Shown one piece after another: positions 1 through 9,453 of a stretch of 64,000 nt of DNA. The first letter of the stretch is position 1. Each line of letters starts with the position of its first letter. A model generated the notes under the pieces. That model did not search any database and was not told the DNA's origin. It worked only from the letters and a program-made list of their open reading frames with translations. This DNA comes from a virus (taxonomy: Duplodnaviria; Caudoviricetes). The stretch covers positions 1,784 to 65,783 of the IMG/VR virus record IMGVR_UViG_3300042544_002864; one strand, 5' to 3'. A program made the position numbers and the translations under genes.

Positions 1-978
1 ATTCGTAGATTTTTAGAATTACTAGGAACCAATAACCCAACCGTTCTTGAATTACTTAACACTCCAGAGGATTGTGTTATTTATAAAGATCCTATTTTTG
101 ATTTAATTCTAAATGATAGAGAAAAGTTTATCACTAAAATCTGTGCTAAATCTTTAGGTGGTTATGCTAAACAACAAATCTCTAAAGCTAAAGGTCAAAA
201 TAAAAAACAAAACTGGGAAAAAGATAAAGTAACTCGTAAAGAAGTTCTTGACTTTGTTTATGTAATTGAAGGAGAAAAATCTATTCCTTGGAAAGTTTGG
301 AATGAGGATTACAACTACGAAGAAAAATTCATTGGAGTTGTAAATGTTCCAAATGCTAGAGATATTTATGCTGTTTATTATGATGGTGTTGCTAGAAATA
401 TGTTTTCAGAAAATATCACAGAATCTGATAAAAATCTTTTGATTAAACTAAAAAAAGAACTAGGAGAACCAATGGGATTCGGTTATAAAGGTTTAGTTAA
501 AACTGGCGAAGGTGTAAATGTCGCTGAATCAAATCAACTTAGACTTTCTTCTATTCCAAAAGGTGAAGAACCAATTTGTGTTGTTACTTATAATAAGGAT
601 GGATACACTCAACATTGTAATGATTATAAATCTTACCAAACTTGGTTAGAACAAAGAAATGAGTCACGTTGGGTTGATGTTCAATCACATGGTCAAAAGA
701 TTGATGGTAAGAATATGATGCATTGTATGAGACTTATTCAAATGTCTCGTGAAATTGCTGAAGGTAAGGGTATTATTGTTCGTAGACCAAATGCTAAAGA
801 ATTGATTTCTATCAGAAGAGGAGAAGTTGACCTTCAAACTTTAATTGATAAAGTTGAGAAAGAAATTGTTGAAATTGATAAACTTTTTGAAGAGTCTAGT
901 TTACCAAATAGTATTGATTCATCATTTATAAATGAATTAATAGTGAAAATTAGAAAATATATATATAAACTAAATTAG
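1..978 (+). CDS. Predicted nucleotidyltransferase (Nuc-transf/RlaP/YcgL-like), 5' truncated by window edge
   Basis: Frame 1 is open from base 1 (IRRFLELLGTNNPTVLELL...GGYAKQQ) into the 400..978 ORF; C-terminal DGKNMMHCMRL...L.SIRRGE motif typical of this family. Confidence 0.7.
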   Translation: MRRFLELLGTNNPTVLELLNTPEDCVIYKDPIFDLILNDREKFITKICAKSLGGYAKQQISKAKGQNKKQNWEKDKVTRKEVLDFVYVIEGEKSIPWKVWNEDYNYEEKFIGVVNVPNARDIYAVYYDGVARNMFSENITESDKNLLIKLKKELGEPMGFGYKGLVKTGEGVNVAESNQLRLSSIPKGEEPICVVTYNKDGYTQHCNDYKSYQTWLEQRNESRWVDVQSHGQKIDGKNMMHCMRLIQMSREIAEGKGIIVRRPNAKELISIRRGEVDLQTLIDKVEKEIVEIDKLFEESSLPNSIDSSFINELIVKIRKYIYKLN

Positions 979-997
979 AATTTATAATAAAAATACT

Positions 998-1615
998 ATG
1001 GAGTATATATCAATCTATATTTTAGTGTTAGTGTTGGGAGTCTATATAGGAGTCTTCTTCAATAGATGGTCTACAAAACTTTCTTTAAAAATCGAAAAAA
1101 TGAAGTTGGTTAAAGATGTTAATGACCATTATTTAAGTATATTAAATAATATCAATAACAAAAAGACTAAATTCAAATCTAGAGTAAACAATACTATCTA
1201 TATAGGAACAAAACTACCTGATTTAGGTAAAGTTGAGGTTGTTTATCTTTTAGATAAAGGTGATGTAGTCGTTTTTAAAGATAAGAGGTGTATATTAACT
1301 AGTGAGTTGGTTGATATAAATACATTAGAACAAATATCAAATTCAATTAATATGGTTCATTATGATGATATAAATGATGTTATTGAGATAATGGGTATGT
1401 TGTTTTCTAGAGCTGACTTTGAAAAAACATTCAATTTAAACTTTGAGGATATGAAAAACAAAATGAATATGTCATCTGGTTCTGATATTGATAGAATAAT
1501 AGAAGAAAATGAATATAAATTTGATATTGATTCAATCCTTGATAGGATTTCTGAAGTAGGTATTGAAAATCTTTCACCTGAAGAGAAGAAATTTCTTGAT
1601 AACTTTAATAAATAA
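998..1615 (+). CDS. Membrane-anchored protein with C-terminal DUF6576-like helical motif
   Basis: N-terminal hydrophobic helix; C-terminus IDSILDRISEVGIENLSPEEKKFL. Confidence 0.55.
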   Translation: MEYISIYILVLVLGVYIGVFFNRWSTKLSLKIEKMKLVKDVNDHYLSILNNINNKKTKFKSRVNNTIYIGTKLPDLGKVEVVYLLDKGDVVVFKDKRCILTSELVDINTLEQISNSINMVHYDDINDVIEIMGMLFSRADFEKTFNLNFEDMKNKMNMSSGSDIDRIIEENEYKFDIDSILDRISEVGIENLSPEEKKFLDNFNK

Positions 1616-1619
1616 TTTT

Positions 1620-1832
1620 ATGATAAAATTAAGATCTTTAGACTCCAAAATGAATGAAATTTTGGAAAGATTGAAACAAGGTAAGATATACGGACAGGAT
1701 TTAAAGCCATATACTGAGAAAATACTTAAAACAGCTTTAAACTTCTTCGAAGAGAAAGAAGAATATGAGAAATGTGTTATTATCTTGGAAAAGTTAAATA
1801 GATTTAATCATAATAATAACTATGTTAAATAA
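1620..1832 (+). CDS. Small protein with UVR (UvrB/UvrC)-like coiled-coil motif
   Basis: ATG at 1620 just after upstream stop; ALNFFEEKEEYEKCVII resembles UVR motif (A...E.YE.AA.IRD). Confidence 0.45.
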   Translation: MIKLRSLDSKMNEILERLKQGKIYGQDLKPYTEKILKTALNFFEEKEEYEKCVIILEKLNRFNHNNNYVK

Positions 1833-1860
1833 AAAAGAGGAGTTAATCTCCTCTTTTTTT
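1831..1860. terminator. Bidirectional intrinsic terminator
   Basis: aaaaaagaggag-ttaat-ctcctcttttttt hairpin flanked by A and T runs between convergent genes. Confidence 0.8.
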
Positions 1861-2678
1861 TATTTTAATAAATTATAAAATTCTTTGAAGTGTTTGATTC
1901 TATCAGGTAATCCGATAGTACCACCGTTAACTCTTTTAGTAACTTTAGTAACAACATCATCTGATGAACCTAAGTCACAAATCGACCATAATTTATTTGA
2001 ATCAAAGAAGAAAGCTGCTGAAGCTAATGGATATTTAGTTGCTACTAAATCAGGATTTGATACACAATCCTCACCGATAAATTGAGTAAATTTTGTATAG
2101 TTAGATTTTCCTGTTAATTGAATATAACCTCTTCCTCTAAATTTATATCCTTCTTTTGTAGTTTCATCACCATTACCCATTCTATTACCATATACTCTTG
2201 ATGCAATCATTTCTGGTTTCTTTTCATATTTAGCAGCTGAAACAGAATCAAAATATTTACCAAAAGTTCCTAATAAACCTTTAGCGCTATAATTTAAGTT
2301 TTCAGAAACTGCTTTGAAACTTCCAGATTCATGACCACATTGTGCCAAGAAATGTGCCAATCTTAGTGGATTTGTGATATTAAATTTTGCTGCAGTATCA
2401 GGAATTTGAGCAATAACTGAATCAGGAATATGTCCTTTCAAAGCCTCTAACTTAAATTCAGATGGTGGTATTACTACTGGTGTAGAAGGTGTTGAATTTC
2501 CAAATAATTTTTCCCAACTTTTATCACCTATAATACCATCAGGTGTTAGACCATTTTTAGTTTGCCATTCTTTAACAGATTTTTCAGTTCCAGGTCCGAA
2601 AGAACCATCAGGTGTTAAACCTAATTTTTCTTGGAGTTTCTTAACGTCTTCTCCTTTACTTCCATTTTTTAGTAACAT
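1860..2678 (-). CDS. Endolysin: N-terminal PG_binding_1 domain + GH19 (chitinase/lysozyme-like) domain
   Basis: LKNGSKGEDVKKLQ..LG...DG.FGP.T...VK.WQ...GL..DGI.G; AHFLAQCGHES, FRGRGYIQLTG, VTKRVNGG..GL.DR motifs. Confidence 0.9.
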   Translation of the reverse strand: MLLKNGSKGEDVKKLQEKLGLTPDGSFGPGTEKSVKEWQTKNGLTPDGIIGDKSWEKLFGNSTPSTPVVIPPSEFKLEALKGHIPDSVIAQIPDTAAKFNITNPLRLAHFLAQCGHESGSFKAVSENLNYSAKGLLGTFGKYFDSVSAAKYEKKPEMIASRVYGNRMGNGDETTKEGYKFRGRGYIQLTGKSNYTKFTQFIGEDCVSNPDLVATKYPLASAAFFFDSNKLWSICDLGSSDDVVTKVTKRVNGGTIGLPDRIKHFKEFYNLLK

Positions 2679-2766
2679 AACGATATAATATTTTTAATTA
2701 TATATCAAATCAAAAAATCAAAAAATTATAATATTAGTGTATAGAAGTATCATGATGATACATGAT

Positions 2767-3477
2767 TTAAGACATCCAGATAAAGTAACCTTGAAATTCA
2801 TCTTTGAAGTTAAAACCATTATCTAAACAATCACTTATTAGTTTTTTGGCTACTTCATCAGTTAAAATGTTTTCAATTCTATTGGTAAATGCTTCTTTTT
2901 TAATTAAATCTGATAATTCAATAGAAATATGCTCAGATAATTCAATTTTCTTTTTAGAAAGTTCCTCATATAAATGATCAAAGACATTTGTTAAGATAAC
3001 ATCCATTTCTTCTTTAGAATAAATAACGACTTCAACATCTTGATTTTCCCAATCATTTATTTTGAATATGTGTTTATCAGCATCAACTATATCAATGTCA
3101 CCTAAGTTAGTATCAAAGTGGTCAGCTAAAACTTTTTCCATTTTAGCAGTTGCTTTTTCAATTCCTTTATAAAGACATTGCTTCATTGAATGAATTTTGA
3201 ACTCTTCTGATTCAAACATCTTGAATGATTCAAATGTTATAACACCATCTTTTTCCATATGGTTTCTATCTTCGATTATATCTTTCAATATCACTTCAGC
3301 ACCTTTAACATCTTTTAGTTTATTTCTTTCTAGAAATTTATTAAATCTTTCTGATCCTGGTTGTAAATATCTTTTAAGTGAAGAAGGTCTTATCTTCCAC
3401 TTATCAATATAATCATCTACCAAACCATTAATAACTTGGTAGTATCTATTAGCATCTTCTCTAGTATTAATTGACAT
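2767..3477 (-). CDS. Hypothetical protein (internal ITFESFKMFESEE motif)
   Basis: 236-aa ORF overlapping upstream gene end; internal copy of the tag-like motif. Confidence 0.6.
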   Translation of the reverse strand: MSINTREDANRYYQVINGLVDDYIDKWKIRPSSLKRYLQPGSERFNKFLERNKLKDVKGAEVILKDIIEDRNHMEKDGVITFESFKMFESEEFKIHSMKQCLYKGIEKATAKMEKVLADHFDTNLGDIDIVDADKHIFKINDWENQDVEVVIYSKEEMDVILTNVFDHLYEELSKKKIELSEHISIELSDLIKKEAFTNRIENILTDEVAKKLISDCLDNGFNFKDEFQGYFIWMS

Positions 3478-3778
3478 CTTTCTTACCTCTTAAATTGTAT
3501 AGATCGATAAATTCATCAGATTCTTTACTTCTTTCAGATTCCATATCTTCTATTTCATCTTCATCTAATCTTGACTTTTGTAAGTCATAATATTCATCTT
3601 CACTTAAATCTTCTATTTCATCAGAATCACAGAATTTGCATTTATCACAAGTCTCATTTAATTCTTTCCATAAAGCATTACACTCATCACAACTATAGTA
3701 GTTTGTTAGAACATTTTTTGATGTTACCGGAATCGTTTGATTGAAATCAAAAGTTTCAAATTTTCTAATGTGTTTCAT
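3467..3778 (-). CDS. Acidic Zn-ribbon protein with capsid-targeting-like N-terminus
   Basis: MKHIRKFETF start; CxxC...CxxCxxC; TAATATATA upstream at 3784-3792. Confidence 0.65.
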   Translation of the reverse strand: MKHIRKFETFDFNQTIPVTSKNVLTNYYSCDECNALWKELNETCDKCKFCDSDEIEDLSEDEYYDLQKSRLDEDEIEDMESERSKESDEFIDLYNLRGKKDVN

Positions 3779-3893
3779 ATATCTATATATTAAAAATATT
3801 TTTACCTTTTTTAAAACAAGTTGATGGTTCTTTTATATATAGTATCTAAATACACAAACAAACAATTTACAAAAAAAACAAAAACAAACAATT

Positions 3894-4082
3894 ATGAAAA
3901 AAACCGCTTTTATGCTTTTTGCATCAGCAACAATTTTCTTAGCTTCTTGTACAACTGGAGCTGAAAAAACAGAAACAACTACTACAGATTCTACAGCAGT
4001 GGCAGTAGATTCTACAGCTACACCTTGTGACTCTTGTGCAACTTTATCAGTTGATACAACTTCTACATCAGTAGCTAAGTAA
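3894..4082 (+). CDS. Small lipoprotein (Bacteroidota-style, D-S/T-rich)
   Basis: MKK + hydrophobic stretch + lipobox LASC; repeated DST/DSC/DTT; followed by terminator. Confidence 0.75.
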   Translation: MKKTAFMLFASATIFLASCTTGAEKTETTTTDSTAVAVDSTATPCDSCATLSVDTTSTSVAK

Positions 4083-4101
4083 TCAAAATGATACTATAAA
4101 T

Positions 4102-4129
4102 AAAAGAGACTTTTTTAGTCTCTTTTTTT
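4102..4129 (+). terminator. Intrinsic terminator
   Basis: aaaagagact-ttttt-agtctctttttt hairpin. Confidence 0.75.
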
Positions 4130-4156
4130 ATTTTAAAACATATAAGTAAATATACA

Positions 4157-4873
4157 ATGATAAAATGTCAAGATAATTTAGAATTTATGAAATCAATTGA
4201 AGATAATTCAATTGACCTTATTTATTGCGATATTTTATATGGCACTGGTAGAAAATTCTCTGACTATCAAGATCTTAAACCAATTAAATCAGATATAGAA
4301 GAACACTATATACCTCGTCTAAAAGAAATGCACCGAATACTTAAAAAAACAGGCACAATCTACTTACAAATGGATACTAAAATCAATCATTGGATTCGAT
4401 GTATTATGGATGATATATTTGGATATGATAATATGAGAAATGAAATTGTTTGGTTTTATAATACTGCACCAAGAAAGAAATCAGATTTTGGTAAAAGACA
4501 TGATATAATCTATCGTTATTCTAAAACCGATAACTATAAATTCAACCCAGTTAGAGAACCCTATTCTTTATCAGCACCAAGAGGATATGAGAAAGAAAAG
4601 TATTACCACCCAGAAGGTAAAGTAATTGGTGATGTTTGGCAAATGAATATTTTAGGTCAAAATGATAAAAAAGAAAGAGTTGGTTATGATACCCAAAAAC
4701 CAAAGTCTTTAATAGAAAGAATTATAATATCATCATCTGATGAAGGAGACCTAGTCGGTGATTTCTACTTAGGTAGCGGCACAACAGCTGTTGTTTGTAA
4801 AGAGTTAAATAGAAATTTTATTGGATGTGATATAAATCCTAAAGCTATCGAAATAACTAAGTCAAGGTTATAA
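4157..4873 (+). CDS. DNA N6-adenine/N4-cytosine methyltransferase (beta class), atypical motif IV
   Basis: SIDLIYCDILY (motif IV position), TQKP..L.ERII..SS.EGDLV.DF.LGSGTT (motif I), GCDIN. Confidence 0.85.
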   Translation: MIKCQDNLEFMKSIEDNSIDLIYCDILYGTGRKFSDYQDLKPIKSDIEEHYIPRLKEMHRILKKTGTIYLQMDTKINHWIRCIMDDIFGYDNMRNEIVWFYNTAPRKKSDFGKRHDIIYRYSKTDNYKFNPVREPYSLSAPRGYEKEKYYHPEGKVIGDVWQMNILGQNDKKERVGYDTQKPKSLIERIIISSSDEGDLVGDFYLGSGTTAVVCKELNRNFIGCDINPKAIEITKSRL

Positions 4874-4903
4874 ATTAGACAAAGATAAATTAATATATAT
4901 GTT

Positions 4904-5806
4904 ATGAATTTGTCTCAATTAAAAGATTACTATAATAAGAAGCCTGTTGAGTTTGTAGTTAAAGAAAATTATGAACTTATTGAGGATAATGAATATATCC
5001 CAAGATTTTCCTTAAAGAATGTAAAAGACATTGCTGATATTCCTATCAATGAGCCTATAAAATATTCTGATCAAATGATGATTAAGGCTATTAAATATGG
5101 TATGATTTTTCTTATCAACTATAAAGGAGAAGAAGATACACACTTTGCAGGTCACGAGCGTGTTATTTATCCAATGGTATTAGGTAGATCTTCAAAAGGC
5201 AAATCATTATTAAGAGGATGGCATTTAAATGGGTGGTCAGTATCTAATAAAAGACACATTAATAAAATATGGCGTTTATTTAGAACAGATAGAATTTTAT
5301 CTATGACATTTACAGGTTCTTTTTACAGATTAGCTCCGGTTGGATATAATATGAATGATAAAGGAATGAGAGGTGGTCTTATTGCTAAAGCTGATTTCAA
5401 TGAAATTAGAAGAAATCAACAAAACTTAGTTAAACAAAACAAAATTCAAAATAAAGAAGAGGTCACACTAGGAGACGAAACAAGAAAATTCATATCCATA
5501 AGAACTACTAACACAAATTCAACAATAGATTTGATGAAACCTTTAGAGAATGCTTATATTAATAATATCAAAGATATGGCTTCTGTTAAAATATCTTTTC
5601 TTAAAAGTATTTATGGAAATAAATATATCGCTGTCTTAGGAGCTTTAGGTCAACCAGGTAATACGGTAAAAGTAATTGATGAAAAAGGAATAACCTTAGG
5701 AGTTTATAAAGTATTAGACTCAATTACTGGACAAGTATTAAAGAATATCAAAAAGGTAAAAGGTAACTCTGTTTATGATCTTTATCTATTTGATAAAAAG
5801 GTCTAA
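4904..5806 (+). CDS. WYL-like domain protein
   Basis: INYKG...ERVIYPMVLG...LLRGWH...WRLFRTDRI resembles WYL domain; TAATATATA at 4891-4899. Confidence 0.55.
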   Translation: MNLSQLKDYYNKKPVEFVVKENYELIEDNEYIPRFSLKNVKDIADIPINEPIKYSDQMMIKAIKYGMIFLINYKGEEDTHFAGHERVIYPMVLGRSSKGKSLLRGWHLNGWSVSNKRHINKIWRLFRTDRILSMTFTGSFYRLAPVGYNMNDKGMRGGLIAKADFNEIRRNQQNLVKQNKIQNKEEVTLGDETRKFISIRTTNTNSTIDLMKPLENAYINNIKDMASVKISFLKSIYGNKYIAVLGALGQPGNTVKVIDEKGITLGVYKVLDSITGQVLKNIKKVKGNSVYDLYLFDKKV

Positions 5807-5877
5807 TCAACTAAATTTAATAAAATTTAAAATTATGTTTCTTGTATTTTATATATACAGAAAACTAATAATATTAT

Positions 5878-7032
5878 ATGCTATTCAGATTTAATAAATT
5901 TATTAACGAAGAAGTAAGAATAGAAAAAATGGACGAGCCTACATTAATTTCTTTAAAGAAGAACTTAATGTTTAGACTTGGCGAGTATCGTACTTATATC
6001 TTAGCAAACATTGAATATAATTTCACAACTAATAAGGTAGAGTATAAAAACTTCGATAAAATCGATATTCCTGTTATAATAAGAGAATTATCAAATGAAT
6101 TCACCACTGAAGTAATTGAGGACCTTAATATAGATTCTTTCTTAAGAAAGCTAAATCAAATAATTGAATTAAGAAAAAGAAACACTAAGAGAAAAGTTAG
6201 AGAAGCTTTTGATGAGTATTACAAAACAATTGAACAAAGAATAACAAATATCAATAAATCTGGAGAAGCTCCAGATCCTTTTGACCAAATATCAGGAGAA
6301 GGTTCTATATTACCAAGAAGACAATATGAGTCAGAAAAATATCAAATTCAAATAGAGTTACTGAAACTACAAGAGTGGGTTATCAAAAATAAGAAAAAAG
6401 TAGCAATTGTATTTGAAGGTAGAGATGCTGCTGGTAAAGGTTCAACAATTAAAAGATTTACAGAATACCTAAATCCAAGTGGATTTAAGATTGTTGCTTT
6501 AGGAATTCCAACAGATGAAGAAAAGCAAAATTGGTTTGGTAGATATGAAAAATACTTACCAAAAGAAGGTGAAATAGTATTCTTTGATAGAAGTTGGTAT
6601 AATAGAGCGGTTGTTGAACCGGCTATGGGTTATTGTACGGAAGACCAATATGAAAACTTCATGAATAATGTAATTGATTGGGAAGAAAGTCTAATAAAAA
6701 GTGGAACAATTTTAATAAAGTTCTGGTTCTCTATTACACAAGAAAAACAAATAAAAAGATTCGATTTAAGAAAAGAAAGTCCTTTGAAATATTGGAAGTT
6801 CTCTCCAAACGATGCTAAAGTATTAGACAAATGGGAGATAATCGGAAACTATAAAAATCAAATGTTTTCCAAAACATCAAGTAGATTATCACCTTGGGTT
6901 ATTATAAATTCTAATGATAAAAAAATTGGAAGACTTAATGCAATGAGATATGTTATCTCGGAAATAAACTATAAAGATAAAAATCCAAAAATTGGAAACT
7001 ACTACCCAGAAGTGGTAAATGTTTTAAAATAA
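5878..7032 (+). CDS. ppk2: Polyphosphate kinase 2 with N-terminal extension and capsid-targeting-like leader
   Basis: Walker A FEGRDAAGKGSTIK, Walker B FDRSWYNR, lid PLKYWKFSPND; N-terminus MLFRFNKFINEE. Confidence 0.9.
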   Translation: MLFRFNKFINEEVRIEKMDEPTLISLKKNLMFRLGEYRTYILANIEYNFTTNKVEYKNFDKIDIPVIIRELSNEFTTEVIEDLNIDSFLRKLNQIIELRKRNTKRKVREAFDEYYKTIEQRITNINKSGEAPDPFDQISGEGSILPRRQYESEKYQIQIELLKLQEWVIKNKKKVAIVFEGRDAAGKGSTIKRFTEYLNPSGFKIVALGIPTDEEKQNWFGRYEKYLPKEGEIVFFDRSWYNRAVVEPAMGYCTEDQYENFMNNVIDWEESLIKSGTILIKFWFSITQEKQIKRFDLRKESPLKYWKFSPNDAKVLDKWEIIGNYKNQMFSKTSSRLSPWVIINSNDKKIGRLNAMRYVISEINYKDKNPKIGNYYPEVVNVLK

Positions 7033-7062
7033 GATTTAATATATAAAAAAACTAAAAATATT

Positions 7063-7803
7063 ATGAATATTAAGAAATTTGAAAATTATATGTCTAGAGA
7101 AGAAATGTGTCGATCTCTTTGTAGATGTGGATATAATATGAGTGAACTTGAAGAGTGTTCAAATCAAGAACTCGAAGAAATGTGTAAAAACGCAGAAAAA
7201 AGTGATGAGGAAGAAATGACTCAAGAAGCAAAAGGTGAAAAATGGATTAAAGATGCCATTAAGAAACCAGGATCTTTAAGAAAATCATTAAATAAAAAAG
7301 AAGGTGAGAAAATCACTAAAAAAGAAATAGATACTGAGTTACAAGCTCTTAAAGGTAAAGATAAAGACCCTAAGAAAAAAGGAGTACAAGGATTAAAAGG
7401 TAAAGATTTATCTAAATTCAGAAAACTAAACTTGGCTAGAACTCTTAAATCTATGAAAGAAAACCAAGAAACTCAAAATTATATGTTCTTTGGTAATTTA
7501 CAAACAATCAAAAGATTAGTCGATAAGATGTTAGAGATGGATGAGTCAGAAGTTGATGCAATCTTATCAAATGGACACAACTGGGCTTTGGATCACATCG
7601 CGACTTCTAAAGATGATGTTGAAGAAGTATTTAACTTCTTAGCAGGTCGTCATGATGAACCAAGTGATAACATAGCTGATTCAGAAGAAAATCACTTATT
7701 AGGTGGTCCGGAATCATCACACACGGTACATGACAATCATATGAGAAATGTTGATATTGAAGGACATCAAGAAAGTATCAAAAGTTTTAAAAATTTCAAA
7801 TAG
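7063..7803 (+). CDS. Putative internal head protein (acidic/basic mosaic)
   Basis: MNIKKFENY start, C-terminal IKSFKNFK; basic block KWIKDAIKKPGSLRKSL...LARTLK; TAATATATA 7037-7045. Confidence 0.55.
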   Translation: MNIKKFENYMSREEMCRSLCRCGYNMSELEECSNQELEEMCKNAEKSDEEEMTQEAKGEKWIKDAIKKPGSLRKSLNKKEGEKITKKEIDTELQALKGKDKDPKKKGVQGLKGKDLSKFRKLNLARTLKSMKENQETQNYMFFGNLQTIKRLVDKMLEMDESEVDAILSNGHNWALDHIATSKDDVEEVFNFLAGRHDEPSDNIADSEENHLLGGPESSHTVHDNHMRNVDIEGHQESIKSFKNFK

Positions 7804-7823
7804 TAAAAAAATTAAATAAGTAT

Positions 7824-8417
7824 ATGTATAGTAAAGAACAAGTAGAATCAGCTGTAAAAGCAAAAGGATATGTTTGGTTTGAGGATGCAAACAATAAAGG
7901 ATTTGATGTTAACATCGTTGGTGTTAGAAATTCAACAACTGGACAAAAAGTTACAAACGCATTTGATGATGTATTAACATTATCTTATAAAGAAAATGGT
8001 GAGTGGAAATTTCATTCTTGGCCAGCTACAACTGATCCAGGTAAAAAAGGAGTTTTAGAATATCATAACGCTGCTGGTGTTGCTAGATTAGTAGAAGGTC
8101 AATATAGAGGATCTCACACAATTAGATTACACCAAGGTAAATATGAGGCTTTAGGTCAAGCTAAAAATGTAAAAGTTTATAGAGATGCTAACAAAGACTT
8201 AAACTATGATGAGAACAAAATTCAAGAAGGTCTTTTCGGTATTAACATTCACAAAGCAGGTGCTGATTCAACTTATGTTGAAAACTGGTCTGAAGGGTGT
8301 CAAGTATTCAAAAAGTCTGCTGACTTTGAAGCATTCATGAAAATTTGTCGTAAAGCAAGAGATATCCATGGTAACTCATTCACTTACACACTAATTGAAT
8401 CAACGGATATAAAATAA
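7824..8417 (+). CDS. YkuD/L,D-transpeptidase-like (Cys) peptidoglycan peptidase
   Basis: GINIHKAG...WSEGCQV His/Cys motif comparable to HxxxxxS(H/E)GC of YkuD-fold enzymes. Confidence 0.55.
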   Translation: MYSKEQVESAVKAKGYVWFEDANNKGFDVNIVGVRNSTTGQKVTNAFDDVLTLSYKENGEWKFHSWPATTDPGKKGVLEYHNAAGVARLVEGQYRGSHTIRLHQGKYEALGQAKNVKVYRDANKDLNYDENKIQEGLFGINIHKAGADSTYVENWSEGCQVFKKSADFEAFMKICRKARDIHGNSFTYTLIESTDIK

Positions 8418-8432
8418 TAGATGAAAATATTC

Positions 8433-8462
8433 AAAGCCTCTTAGATTTAAGAGGCTTTTTTT
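8433..8462 (+). terminator. Intrinsic terminator
   Basis: aaagcctctta-gatt-taagaggcttttttt. Confidence 0.8.
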
Positions 8463-8524
8463 ATGCAAACAAATTACTAGTTTTTAACTAAAAGTAATAT
8501 GATTGTAAAAAATAATATTGAACA

Positions 8525-8971
8525 ATGAAGGAAATTGATGAGTTCTTGGAGTTTTTAATTAAAAATGAAAATGATGAAAGAATAAGTATCAGTAAAAAAA
8601 TGAAATATGGGTATCGATACTTTTATATTTCATTCCATATAGATGAAAAACCAGAAGAAGATAAAAATAATCAATCATATGGTACTAACAGATCTTTTAG
8701 TGCATATAGAATATCAGACTCTGTTGAAATAGTAATTGATAATAGAAATTCATGTGTTGAATTATTATACGAACACGGTTCAGAAAACATCATCATTGAA
8801 GATACACAACTGGTTGAGAAATGGAGTCAAATTTTAGAAGATTATATAAATAAAGATATATCTGAAAAAACAAAATCAGTTATTGAGAATACATTAAGTT
8901 CATGTTATAATAAGAACTTATACAGAGAATACCAAATGAAAAAAATACTACCAGACGATGAATCTTTATAA
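8525..8971 (+). CDS. Hypothetical protein
   Basis: 148-aa ORF; C-terminal YREYQMKKIL resembles the RxxKIxxIL motif. Confidence 0.6.
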   Translation: MKEIDEFLEFLIKNENDERISISKKMKYGYRYFYISFHIDEKPEEDKNNQSYGTNRSFSAYRISDSVEIVIDNRNSCVELLYEHGSENIIIEDTQLVEKWSQILEDYINKDISEKTKSVIENTLSSCYNKNLYREYQMKKILPDDESL

Positions 8972-9452
8972 TCAAGAAGAAATAGATAGAATAACAAAGG
9001 TTAAAGAAACTAATGATAAATTAGAAGATTTCTTTAATGATAAAAGAACCGAGTGGAACAAAAACGTAGAACCACTTTTTAAGGTTCTAATGGTAGATTT
9101 ATCAAATCCATCAAACTCAAAGGAGATATTAAATGCTCAATCATTAGCTCTTACATTTAGACAACAGATTTATGAACAAATCAATTTCTTCTTAAATAAA
9201 AGAAGTAAAGAAACAACCAAAATTAAAAAATTAAGACAAGAGAAATTTATCTTTTATGCAACAGGATTTGGAATTAAAACAAATCTTGGTGAAAAAGGAA
9301 TTTTAATTGATGGACATATAGCTGAAAATGATAGATGTATTGAATTAATAGAGTCTTATATTGAGTTCTTGAGAGATTCTATTAGAAATTTAGAGAGTTT
9401 GTCTTATTCGATTAAGAATATGATTGAATTAATGAACTATTTAGGTCGTTAA
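8958..9452 (+). CDS. uvsY: UvsY-like recombination mediator
   Basis: Helical 164-aa protein ending YIEFLRDSIRNLESLSYSIKNMIELMNYLG, resembling the T4-type UvsY C-terminus; UvsW is in the same window. Confidence 0.55.
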   Translation: MNLYNQEEIDRITKVKETNDKLEDFFNDKRTEWNKNVEPLFKVLMVDLSNPSNSKEILNAQSLALTFRQQIYEQINFFLNKRSKETTKIKKLRQEKFIFYATGFGIKTNLGEKGILIDGHIAENDRCIELIESYIEFLRDSIRNLESLSYSIKNMIELMNYLGR

Positions 9453-9453
9453 T

